Shown here piece after piece: positions 17,876 to 28,042 of a DNA stretch of 64,000 nucleotides. Source of the DNA: an uncultured Coriobacteriaceae bacterium (lineage in GTDB: Bacteria > Actinomycetota > Coriobacteriia > Coriobacteriales > UMGS124); assembly GCA_900539345.1 (NCBI GenBank), contig UQBS01000007.1:8246-72245 (forward strand), written 5' to 3'. The notes below the pieces were generated by a model. The model saw only the letters and a program-made list of their open reading frames with translations. It ran no database searches and had not been told where the DNA came from. Numbering within the stretch: the first letter of the stretch is position 1; each line of letters starts with the position of its first letter. A program made the position numbers and the translations under genes.

Positions 17876-18026
17876 TTGCGGAACCTGATGCGCCACGTTG
17901 CGCGATACCTAGAGTACCGCCGTAGGCCAAAGGCCCGCACCGCGCACGTCGGCATCGCGCGCCTTGCGCATCAGAACCCGCGTCGGTAAAGGCGAAACCT
18001 GATGCGCGGTCTTGCGCAGGCATCAG
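17876..18026 (-). repeat. Family-A modular hairpin repeat, locus A3 (inverted orientation; a long-type unit and a degenerate mini unit)
   Basis: The parts are GCGGAACCT, GATGCGC, ..., GGCCAAAGGCCCGCACCGCGCAC, ..., GCGCATC and AGAACCCGCGT. The middle module is the reverse complement of the A1/A2 long-unit module GTGCGCGGTGCGGGCCTTTGGCC. It lies between grpE and dnaJ. Confidence 0.8.
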
Positions 18027-18147
18027 GGGGCCTTTGGGAATGCCTCTTGAGCTTGACAAAGGCCGCGTCGGAAGAACTCTCCGGCGCGGCCTTTGCTCGT
18101 CTACGTTGGTGCGTCTCCTTAGAAGCGCAACGCCCTACGGCCTTGCG

Positions 18148-18800
18148 CTACTCCTCGGTAGCCGCAGGTTGGGCCGGGCCGCCCTTGGCAACCGTGACCA
18201 TCGCGGTGCGGATGACGCGTCCGCCCATGCGATACCCCTTCTGGTACACGTCCTTCACGGTGTTGTCGGGCACCGTGGGGTCGGGCACCTGGGCGATGGC
18301 CTGGTGGTCGTTCATGTCGAACGGCTGGCCGGCCGGGTCGATGGCTTCAACGCCCGAGCGATGCAGGGCGTCGATAAGCTTGTCGTACACGGCACGAACG
18401 CCGCTCACGAACTCACCGTACGCGCCTTCCGGGTTGGACTGGGCGGCGTGGTCAAGAGAACGCTCCATGTCGTCGACCACAGGGAGGAGCTTCATGACGA
18501 GGTCCTCCGTGGCGCGAGCCTTCTCGTCCTCACGCTCGCGTGCGGTGCGCTTGCGGAAGTTGTCCCACTCGGCCTGCAGACGCAAGAACTTGTCGTTGGC
18601 GGCAGCGGCGTCGGCGCGTGCCTTCTCGATGTCTGCCATCGAGAAGACCTCGTCGACCGCGTCGGCAACGGCCTGCTCGTCTACCTGCTGGCCGTCTTGC
18701 TCCTCAGCCTCGATAACCTGGGCCTCAACGGGCATCTCCTCAACGGGGAGCGCCTCGTCGGCACCCTGAGTCTCGGGCTTGTTTCCGTCGGCGGGCATCA

Positions 18801-18801
<1 letters not shown>
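18148..18801 (-). CDS. grpE: Nucleotide exchange factor GrpE
   Basis: A 217-aa ORF. FLRLQAEWDNFRKRTARERE...LLPVVDDMERSL...GYRMGGRVIRTAMVTV matches GrpE. Its ATG overlaps the dnaK TAA stop codon (TAATG). Confidence 0.92.
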
Positions 18802-20720
<1,919 letters not shown>

Positions 20721-20798
20721 GATGTAACCTCTCTTCAATAGATGGCGGGCCTCTTCCACCGCTTCTCCGGTGGGGTTACCCTTCCTTGATCGAAAGGC

Positions 20799-20804
20799 AT
20801 TATA
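20799..20804 (-). promoter_or_regulatory. Possible -10 box (TATAAT) upstream of dnaK
   Basis: The minus strand reads GGGATATAATGCC about 80 nt upstream of the dnaK ATG. I found no convincing -35 box at 17-nt spacing. Confidence 0.3.
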
Positions 20805-20886
20805 TCCCGTTTACTGCGGGGGCATACAAAATCTAAGTCTCTTCATATAACATTTTTTGATTGTGATTCTGAAAGGGCTTCAAACC

Positions 20887-21453
20887 ATGGGAAACGGGAC
20901 AAAAACGCAGGCACAAGGCACAAGACTGCCCGAAGCCAATGTGGAGGCCATCTACATGGAGCGCACAAACGACGAACTCGAGAGCCTCGCCGAGGAAGGG
21001 TTCATCACATCGGGCAACGCGTTTTGCCGCGTGCTGCTCGTAAAGGGAAGGCCCGGCCCGGCAGAGGCAGGCGGCGGCGACTTGCTGTCCGGCGCAGACG
21101 GCGAAGCCCTGCGGGCGGGGCTTGCGCGGCTGGGCTGGAAAGAGGGTGACTGGGCCGGCCTCGCGACGTTTTTAGGACAGGACGGCTTTCCCCAGGCCGA
21201 CCCGGCCGACCTGGCCGTGGCCGTGGAGGTGTTCGACCCAGAGTGCGTCGTGGCGCTCGACTCCCCCGCCGCCCGCAACCTGGCCCTTGCCTGGGGGCTG
21301 CCCGAGCCGCTGCCGGCAGGCAAGGTCGAGCGCGTGTTCGGCCGGCGCGTCTTGGCAATGGGAGGCTTCGAGGCTGCCTTGGCCAGCCAAGACGGGAAGA
21401 AAGAGATGTGGCGCCGACTTCGCCAGCTCCCCCCTCTCCCCTCCCCTTTATAG
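20887..21453 (+). CDS. Uracil-DNA-glycosylase-superfamily-like protein with degenerate active-site motifs
   Basis: CRVLLVKGRPGPAEAGGGDLLSGADGEALRAGLARLGW...PECVVALDSPAARNL is collinear with family-4 UDG (VGEAPGxxED..GxPFvGxAGxLL...vvaLG..A). However, GEAPG and PF are replaced. The start codon is uncertain. Confidence 0.45.
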   Translation: MGNGTKTQAQGTRLPEANVEAIYMERTNDELESLAEEGFITSGNAFCRVLLVKGRPGPAEAGGGDLLSGADGEALRAGLARLGWKEGDWAGLATFLGQDGFPQADPADLAVAVEVFDPECVVALDSPAARNLALAWGLPEPLPAGKVERVFGRRVLAMGGFEAALASQDGKKEMWRRLRQLPPLPSPL

Positions 21454-21455
21454 AG

Positions 21456-21654
21456 TTGCGGAACCTCGTCCGCTGCGTTCCGCGGAGTCTCATGTACGTC
21501 CAGTACACATCGACTCCGCGCGCCTTGCGGACGAGAACCCGCGTTTTGGCAGGCGGAACCTGATGCGCTGGCATGTGGTACGCTGCGGCTCCGCGCGCTT
21601 TGCGCATCAGAACCTGCGTTTTGGTGGGCGGAACCTGGCCTGCTGCGTTTTGGG
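21456..21654 (-). repeat. Family-A modular hairpin repeat, locus A4 (inverted orientation; a short unit, a truncated unit and a fragment)
   Basis: The short unit spans 21458-21549 (outer stem CGTCCGC/GCGGACG, inner stem CGCGGAGTC/GACTCCGCG, apical TCATGTACGTCCAGTACACATC). A GATGCGC...GCGCATC unit and a GGCCTGC fragment follow. The locus starts 3 nt after the TAG stop codon at 21451-21453. Confidence 0.85.
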
Positions 21655-21727
21655 TGTGAGATACAGCAAAGGCCGCTCGGTTGCCCGGGCGGCCTTTGGG
21701 TGGTGCAGATGTCCTAGAAAGTCGAAG

Positions 21728-21910
21728 TTACTCGGCGATCTCGGTGATGGCGCCGACCGGGCACTCGTCCTGGCAGTTGGCGCAGCCGATGCAGTCGCCC
21801 TCGTTGACGACGGTGCAAACGTTGTCCTGGAGCTCGATGACGCCAGCGGGGCATGCGTCGATGCAAGCGCCGCAGCCGATGCAATCAGAAGCAGTGATAA
21901 CAGGATGCAT
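21728..21910 (-). CDS. 2x[4Fe-4S] ferredoxin (60 aa)
   Basis: It carries two CxxCxxCxxxCP motifs (CIGCGACIDACP and CIGCANCQDECP). Confidence 0.9.
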   Translation of the reverse strand: MHPVITASDCIGCGACIDACPAGVIELQDNVCTVVNEGDCIGCANCQDECPVGAITEIAE

Positions 21911-21963
21911 GGATCTTCCTCTCCTCGTTTAGCCCGCCAACTCTAGCAGACCAAGTTCCTCTC

Positions 21964-22140
21964 ACCAAAACGCGGCCCCCGCACAACACGCGAGCGTCCG
22001 CTCAAGACGCGGCTCTCACGCGGCGCATCAGGTTCCGCCCATTAAAACGCGGGTTCTCGTCCGCAAGGCGCCGGGAGGCGATGCGTACACATGGTACGTG
22101 AGCCTCCCGGGAACGCAGCGGACGAGGTTCCGCTACATCC
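21964..22140 (+). repeat. Family-A modular hairpin repeat, locus A5 (a degenerate unit and a short unit)
   Basis: The short unit spans 22041-22140. Its parts are ATTAAAACGCGGGTTCT, CGTCCGC, AAGGCG, CCGGGAGGC, GATGCGTACACATGGTACGTGA, GCCTCCCGG, GAACGCA, GCGGACG and AGGTTCCGC. It abuts the stop codon at 22143. Confidence 0.85.
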
Positions 22141-22142
22141 TA

Positions 22143-22337
22143 CTAGTCGTCGTCGTCGCAGATCTCGGTGATGGCGTTGACCGGACACTCCTCCTGGCAC
22201 TCGCCGCAGCCCTTGCACTCGGACTCGTCAACGACGGTGCAGAAGCCGTCGTCGATCTCGATGGCGCCCGTGACGCACACGTCAACGCAGGCGCCGCAGC
22301 CGATGCACTCGTCAGTGTCAATAATGGGGTAAGGCAT
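22143..22337 (-). CDS. 2x[4Fe-4S] ferredoxin (64 aa), paralog of 21728..21910
   Basis: The ATG at 22337 follows GAGAGGAG. The motifs are CIGCGACVDVCV and CKGCGECQEECP, and the protein has an acidic DDDD tail. Confidence 0.9.
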   Translation of the reverse strand: MPYPIIDTDECIGCGACVDVCVTGAIEIDDGFCTVVDESECKGCGECQEECPVNAITEICDDDD

Positions 22338-22451
22338 GAGTCTCTCCTCTCTCAACGGGCACAGGGCCCGCAAATACTTTCCGAACACGGTAGCCCGTAT
22401 TCCCGGCTGCAGTGCCTCCATACATCGCAGCCGTCAACGGCGGGTAGGGTA

Positions 22452-22469
22452 GCATGATTCTCCTCATGC
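22452..22469. promoter_or_regulatory. Perfect inverted repeat GCATGA-N6-TCATGC in the fdx/nikR divergent region (candidate operator)
   Basis: GCATGA lies at 22452-22457 and TCATGC at 22464-22469. The half-sites resemble the ATGA/TCAT core of the E. coli NikR box, but the spacing differs. Confidence 0.3.
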
Positions 22470-22628
22470 ACAAGTACCCCACAAAAATTCACGGCGAGTG
22501 GCATGAAGACTTTTTTGTACGGGAGGCTCGGGTATCGAGAACCCCACCTCGCCTACAAAGGATAGTGCTACGATGGCGCGGCTTTTTCACTCTCTGCCCG
22601 CGATGAGCTATCAACGGAGGACCAAGAC

Positions 22629-23057
22629 ATGTCTAGCGACCTCGTACGCTTCAGCGTCGCCATGCCAGCACTGCTCCTCAACGAGTTCGACCGCTACACC
22701 GCCCAGCGCGGCCTTTTGGTGAACCGTTCCGAGGCAATCCGCAACCTCATACGCGACGCCCTGGTCAACGAGGAGCTCGAGGACCCGGCCGCACCGGTCG
22801 TGGGGTCCATCACGCTCGTGTACGACCTGAACACACCCGAGCTCATGGCCAAGATCGCCGGCGTGGAGTCCAACTACCCCAGCGAGGTCATCTCAACCAC
22901 GCACGTCCATCTCGAGCAGGGAAGGCGCATGGAGACCATCGCCGTGCGCGGTCTGGGCTACAAGGTCAAGGAGCTCTCCGACTGCCTCGCCGGCATCAAG
23001 GGCGTCTCGCACTGCAAGCTGACCGTGGTGGCGACCCTGTCGAAGATCGGAGGGTAG
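22629..23057 (+). CDS. nikR: NikR-family ribbon-helix-helix regulator
   Basis: The N-terminal ribbon-helix-helix reads VRFSVAMPALLLNEFDRYTAQRGLLVNRSEAIRNLIRDAL. The C-terminal ACT-like domain contains STTHVHLE. The gene is directly upstream of hypF. Confidence 0.78.
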   Translation: MSSDLVRFSVAMPALLLNEFDRYTAQRGLLVNRSEAIRNLIRDALVNEELEDPAAPVVGSITLVYDLNTPELMAKIAGVESNYPSEVISTTHVHLEQGRRMETIAVRGLGYKVKELSDCLAGIKGVSHCKLTVVATLSKIGG

Positions 23058-23059
23058 GC

Positions 23060-25528
23060 ATGGCACGAATCCATGTGCATGTGAGCGGCATCGTGCAGGG
23101 CGTGGGCTACCGGCCCTTCGTCTGGAAGCTCGCCACCTCACTGGGACTCGCCGGCTGGGTGAAAAACTCCAGCGACGGCGTGCACATCGAGGCAAAGGGC
23201 GACCCCGCGGCACTCGACCGCTTTGTGCTCACCCTCTCCACCCAACACCCGGCGGCCGCACGTGTGGACACCGTGCACGTCGACTCCCTCGACGACGGCC
23301 ACATCGCGCCCGCCGGCTCCCATGAGGAGCTGCGGATGACGGGCGGAGTGCCCGGCAGCGACTTCCGCATTGTGGAGAGCTCGGCCCAAGAGGACCTCAC
23401 GACGCTCGTGAGCCCGGACATCGCCACGTGCCCCGACTGCCTGCGCGAGCTTTTTGACCCAGAAAACCGCAGGTACCACTACCCGTTTATCAACTGCACC
23501 AACTGCGGGCCACGCTTCACCATCATCGACGAGCTCCCCTACGACCGCCCTCGCACGTCCATGGCGGGGTTTGCAATGTGCCCGGCGTGCGCCCATGAGT
23601 ACGCCGATCCGGCTGACAGGCGCTTCCATGCCCAGCCCGACGCATGCTTCGCCTGCGGACCGCAGCTCACCTGGCGCACCGCCGAAAAGCCGGGATGCGT
23701 GCTACGCGGAAGCGACCTCGCATCGTCGGACGACATCATCGCCCGAGCGGCGCACATGCTCCAAGACGGCGGCATCGTGGCCGTCAAGGGCCTGGGCGGC
23801 TTCCACCTTGCCTGCGACGCACGCAACGAGGCAGCCGTACGACAGCTGCGCGAGCGCAAGCACCGCCCCACCAAGCCGCTGGCCGTGATGTTTGCCGACC
23901 TCAATGCCCTGCGCCAAGTGTGCGAGGTGAGCGACGCCGAACGCGCCCAGCTCATAAGCCCCCGCACCCCCATCGTGCTGCTGCGCCGCAAGGACACGGC
24001 GAGCGTGCCGGAGAATCTGGCGATTGTGCCGAGCGTGGCGGGCGACCTGCCCGAGCTGGGAGCCATGCTTCCTTACACGCCCCTGCAGCACCTGCTGCTG
24101 CGCGCCGTGGGAACACCCCTGGTGATGACGAGCGGCAACCTCGCCGACGAGCCCATCATCTGCGACGACCAGGTGGCCGTGTCGCGCCTCATCGACGTGG
24201 CCGACGCCTGGCTGGGCAACAACCGCCCCATCCTGGCTCGCTACGACGACTCTGTCGTGCGCGTGGAGGGCGGCCGCACGCAGGTCGTGCGCCGCGCCCG
24301 CGGCATCGCCCCCACGCCCGTGAAGCTCCCCAACCCGCCCGGCATCGACCCGAACGGCGCGAGCCTGCCCTGCGTACTTGCCTGCGGCCCCGAGCAGAAG
24401 GCCACCTTCTGCCTCACGCGTGGCGAGGAGGCCTTTGTCAGCCAGCACCTGGGCGATTTGGAGAATGCCGACTCCTTCGATGCCTGGCGCCGCACGCTCA
24501 GCAAGTACGAGGGGCTTTTCGGCCTGGCCCCCAAGGTCCTGGCCTGCGACATGCATCCCGAGTACCTCTCGAGCAAATGGGCGCGCGACCTGGCCGACAA
24601 GGAGGGCCTGCCCCTGTGCGAGGTGCAGCACCACCATGCCCACATCGCCTCGACGCTGGCGCAGGCAGGCGTGTGGGACCATGTGGTGGGCGTCGCCCTC
24701 GACGGGACCGGCTACGGCCCCGACGGACGCATCTGGGGCGGCGAGGTCATGGTGTGCGACCAGGTCGACTTCACCCGCGCGGCCCACATCGCCTACTGGC
24801 CCCTGCCCGGAGGCGCCGCTGCCGTGCGCAAACCCCTGCGCAACGCTTACGCGCTGCTTGCCCAGGCAGGTCTTGGCGACAGCGCCTGCGCCCACAACCT
24901 GGCCAACAAGATGGGCATCGAGGGACCGGTCGTGCTTCAGATGATCGCCCGCGACCTCAACTGCCCCCTGACGAGCTCGGCGGGCAGGCTGTTCGACGCG
25001 ATCGCCGCCATCCTGGGCCTCGTGGACGTAGCGGGCTACGACGGCGAGCCGGCATGCCTGCTTGAGGCGGCGGCCTCGCACGCCCCGGCCTGTACGCCCG
25101 ACGAGGTCGCACACTACAGGCTCACCGTTCGCCACGCCAACGAGGCCGACAGCCACGGCGAGCAGGACGAGTCGCTCGTGCTCGACCCCGGCGCAATGCT
25201 CGCCAACCTTCTGGAAGACCTGGAGGCAGGCGTTGACGTGCAGGTCCTGGCCAGGCGTTTCCACGAGGGCTTTGCCGCAAGCGTGGCCGACGTCGCCGCC
25301 GGCGTTGCCCATGCCGCAGGCCTCACCAAGGCGGCCCTGGGCGGCGGCGTCTTCTCCAACCGCATCGTATGCGAGCTGGTGAAGCGCTCCCTGGAGGCGG
25401 CGCACCTCAAGGTGTACCTGCCCACCAGCCTGCCCCTCAACGACGGCGGCATCTCCTACGGGCAGGCTGCCGTGGCCCGCGCCCGCATGGCATCTGCCAT
25501 TCTCAATCAAGCAAACGAACAGGAGTAG
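23060..25528 (+). CDS. hypF: [NiFe]-hydrogenase maturation carbamoyltransferase HypF
   Basis: The product has an acylphosphatase domain (IHVHVSGIVQGVGYRPFV) and two zinc-finger pairs (CPDCLRE...CTNCGPRFTI; CPACAHEY...CFACGPQL). YrdC-like and Kae1-like domains complete it. Confidence 0.95.
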   Translation: MARIHVHVSGIVQGVGYRPFVWKLATSLGLAGWVKNSSDGVHIEAKGDPAALDRFVLTLSTQHPAAARVDTVHVDSLDDGHIAPAGSHEELRMTGGVPGSDFRIVESSAQEDLTTLVSPDIATCPDCLRELFDPENRRYHYPFINCTNCGPRFTIIDELPYDRPRTSMAGFAMCPACAHEYADPADRRFHAQPDACFACGPQLTWRTAEKPGCVLRGSDLASSDDIIARAAHMLQDGGIVAVKGLGGFHLACDARNEAAVRQLRERKHRPTKPLAVMFADLNALRQVCEVSDAERAQLISPRTPIVLLRRKDTASVPENLAIVPSVAGDLPELGAMLPYTPLQHLLLRAVGTPLVMTSGNLADEPIICDDQVAVSRLIDVADAWLGNNRPILARYDDSVVRVEGGRTQVVRRARGIAPTPVKLPNPPGIDPNGASLPCVLACGPEQKATFCLTRGEEAFVSQHLGDLENADSFDAWRRTLSKYEGLFGLAPKVLACDMHPEYLSSKWARDLADKEGLPLCEVQHHHAHIASTLAQAGVWDHVVGVALDGTGYGPDGRIWGGEVMVCDQVDFTRAAHIAYWPLPGGAAAVRKPLRNAYALLAQAGLGDSACAHNLANKMGIEGPVVLQMIARDLNCPLTSSAGRLFDAIAAILGLVDVAGYDGEPACLLEAAASHAPACTPDEVAHYRLTVRHANEADSHGEQDESLVLDPGAMLANLLEDLEAGVDVQVLARRFHEGFAASVADVAAGVAHAAGLTKAALGGGVFSNRIVCELVKRSLEAAHLKVYLPTSLPLNDGGISYGQAAVARARMASAILNQANEQE

Positions 25529-25532
25529 CACC

Positions 25533-25808
25533 ATGTGCCTGGCAGTTCCTTCTCAAATCACCTCTCTGGACGACAACGGCATGGCCCAGGTCAGCGTCAT
25601 GGGCGTGACGAGGCCCTGCTCGGTGCGCCTCGTGCCCGACGCCAAGGTGGGCGACTTTGTGCTCGTGCACGCAGGCTTTGCCATCCAGCGCATCGAAGAG
25701 CAGGACGCCCGCGAGACGCTCGCGCTGCTCGAGGAGATGCCCGACCTTCTTGGCGACGAGGTGCCCACCCCCGATGAGGCGCAGGATTCCTGCGCCACGT
25801 GCGCCTAG
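25533..25808 (+). CDS. hypC: Hydrogenase assembly chaperone HypC/HupF
   Basis: MCLAVPSQI... provides the N-terminal Cys2. VGDFVLVHAGFAI is also present. The ORF is 91 aa. Confidence 0.9.
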   Translation: MCLAVPSQITSLDDNGMAQVSVMGVTRPCSVRLVPDAKVGDFVLVHAGFAIQRIEEQDARETLALLEEMPDLLGDEVPTPDEAQDSCATCA

Positions 25809-25817
25809 GAGGCCCAC

Positions 25818-26906
25818 ATGGACCTCAAGCAGTTTCGCGACCCCAAACTCGCCCACGAGCTCATCGAGCTCATCGGCAAGATTTGCAAAGGCCGCACCAT
25901 CAACCTCATGGAGGTCTGCGGCACCCACACGGTAAGCATCGGGCGCTACGGCCTGCGCAGCGCCATGCCCGAGGGGCTCAAGCTCCTCTCTGGCCCAGGG
26001 TGCCCGGTGTGCGTGACGTCCAACCACGACATCGACTGCGCCATCGCCATGACCCGCGTGCCCGACGCCATCGTGGCGACATTCGGCGACATGATCCGCG
26101 TGCCCGGCAGCACCACCACGCTGGGGGCCGAGAAGGCCCAGGGTGCCGACGTGCGCGTGGTGTACGGCCCTCTCGACGCGCTCGACATCGCACGCAAGAA
26201 CCCCACGCGCCCCGTCATCTTCATCGGTGTGGGCTTTGAGACGACGACGCCCGTGGTGGGCTCGGCCGTGCAGATGGCCTGCGAGGAGGGTCTGTCCAAC
26301 TTCTACCTCTACTGCGCGCACAAGTCCACGGCGCCGGCGCTGGCCGCCATTGCCAACGACCCCGACACGCGCGTGGACGGCTTCATCCTGCCCGGCCACG
26401 TCTCCACCGTGACCGGCCTGGCGCCCTACGAGTTCCTTGCGCGCGACTTCAAGACGCCCGGCGTGGTCACGGGCTTCGAGCCGGTGGACATCCTCTCGGG
26501 CGTGGCGCGCCTGGTGGCCATGGTGGCCGAGGGCACCCCGCGCATCGAGAACGCCTACGGGCGCGGTGTCGACAACTGTGGCAACCTGGCAGCTCAGAAG
26601 GTCATCGAGGACGTCTTCGAACCCTGCGACGCCGTGTGGCGCGGCCTGGGCCCCATCCCCATGAGCGGCCTGCGCCTCAAGGGCGCCTATGCGGCGCACG
26701 ACGCGATGAAGGCCTTCTCCCCCGAGGTCGAGCCCACCCGCGAGACGCGCGGCTGCCGCTGCGGCGACGTGCTGCGCGGCATCATCACGCCCGACCAGTG
26801 CCCCCTGTTCGGCCGCGTCTGCAACCCTGAGGAGCCCACGGGCCCGTGCATGGTCTCCAGCGAGGGCTCGTGCGCGGCGTACTACAGGTACCGCGAACAC
26901 AACTAA
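25818..26906 (+). CDS. hypD: Hydrogenase maturation factor HypD
   Basis: MEVCGTHT, GPGCPVCVT, FETT and the C-terminal CxxC...PxxPxGxCMVSxEGxCxAYY motifs are present. Confidence 0.95.
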   Translation: MDLKQFRDPKLAHELIELIGKICKGRTINLMEVCGTHTVSIGRYGLRSAMPEGLKLLSGPGCPVCVTSNHDIDCAIAMTRVPDAIVATFGDMIRVPGSTTTLGAEKAQGADVRVVYGPLDALDIARKNPTRPVIFIGVGFETTTPVVGSAVQMACEEGLSNFYLYCAHKSTAPALAAIANDPDTRVDGFILPGHVSTVTGLAPYEFLARDFKTPGVVTGFEPVDILSGVARLVAMVAEGTPRIENAYGRGVDNCGNLAAQKVIEDVFEPCDAVWRGLGPIPMSGLRLKGAYAAHDAMKAFSPEVEPTRETRGCRCGDVLRGIITPDQCPLFGRVCNPEEPTGPCMVSSEGSCAAYYRYREHN

Positions 26907-26952
26907 TCGGCCAGACCGCGGCCGCACCTTACGAGAAAGGCATCCAAGCGAC

Positions 26953-27975
26953 ATGCAGAAAGACACCGAGGTACGTCTGGGCCATGGCTCGGGCGGCGCG
27001 ATGATGAAGCGCCTCATCGACGACCTGTTCCTTGACGAGTTCTCCGACGAGGCCGCCCTTCCCGGCGACGACGCGGGCGTCGTGCCCCTGGGAGGCGAGC
27101 GCATCGCCATGAGCACCGACTCGTTCGTGGTGACGCCGCAGTTCTTCCCCGGCGGGGACATCGGCCGCCTTGCCGTGTGCGGCACGGTCAACGACGTGGC
27201 CACCTCGGGCGCCCAGGTGAAGTACCTCTCCTGCGGCTTCGTGCTCGAAGAGGGCTATCCCATGGACAAGCTGCGCCAGATTGTGCGCACGATGGCTGAG
27301 ACCGCCGCCGAGGCGGGCGTGTCCATCGTGACCGGCGACACGAAGGTCGTCGAGCGCGGCCACGCCGACGGCGTGTTCATCAACACCGCAGGCGTGGGCC
27401 TTGTGCCGGCCGGCGTCAACCTGTCGGGGCGCAACTGCAAGCCCGGCGACAAGGTGCTCGTCTCCGGCACCCTGGGCGACCACGGCATCTGCATCATCTC
27501 GCAGCGCGAGGGCCTCGCCTTCTCCACTACCCTTACCACCGACGCAGCGCCTCTCAACCACCTCATCGCCGCCGTGCTTGAGGCGGCGCCTCACACGCGC
27601 GCCTTCCGTGACCCCACGCGCGGCGGCCTTGCCTCCACGCTCAACGAGTTCGCCGAGGCCAGCGGCGTGGACATCGTGGTGGCCGAGGACGACGTGCCCG
27701 TGCGCGACGAGGTGCGCGGCGCCTGCGAGATGCTCGGCTACGACGTGTTCCAGGTAGCCAACGAGGGCAAGATGGTGGCCGTTGTGCCCGCCGACGAGGC
27801 CGACGCCGCGCTTGCCGCCATGCGCGCAAGCCGCTATGGCGAGAACGCCGCGATTATCGGCGAGGTCTGCGAGCCCGCCTGCGAAGGCGGCCACACCGTT
27901 CGCCTGAGGACCGCGTTTGGTTCCACACGCATTCTCGACATGCTTGTGGGAGAGCAGCTCCCCCGCATCTGCTAG
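26953..27975 (+). CDS. hypE: Hydrogenase maturation factor HypE
   Basis: It has the PurM-like fold (GHGSGG...DDAGV...) and the C-terminal PRIC motif. Confidence 0.95.
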   Translation: MQKDTEVRLGHGSGGAMMKRLIDDLFLDEFSDEAALPGDDAGVVPLGGERIAMSTDSFVVTPQFFPGGDIGRLAVCGTVNDVATSGAQVKYLSCGFVLEEGYPMDKLRQIVRTMAETAAEAGVSIVTGDTKVVERGHADGVFINTAGVGLVPAGVNLSGRNCKPGDKVLVSGTLGDHGICIISQREGLAFSTTLTTDAAPLNHLIAAVLEAAPHTRAFRDPTRGGLASTLNEFAEASGVDIVVAEDDVPVRDEVRGACEMLGYDVFQVANEGKMVAVVPADEADAALAAMRASRYGENAAIIGEVCEPACEGGHTVRLRTAFGSTRILDMLVGEQLPRIC

Positions 27976-28042
27976 CATTTCACTCACGTCTGGCCCGTAT
28001 ACACCGAGGCCATGTTCGACGACCTTGATTGGAGAGTCTGCC

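Noticed and set aside
20721-20886. An HspR operator (HAIR, CTTGAGT-N7-ACTCAAG) or CIRCE element upstream of dnaK.
   Set aside because: No match beyond chance was found by eye. Only a lone CTTGAGC at 18044 and a weak CCTT..AAGG symmetry near 20785 were seen. The question is kept as an open point in the findings rather than annotated as a feature.
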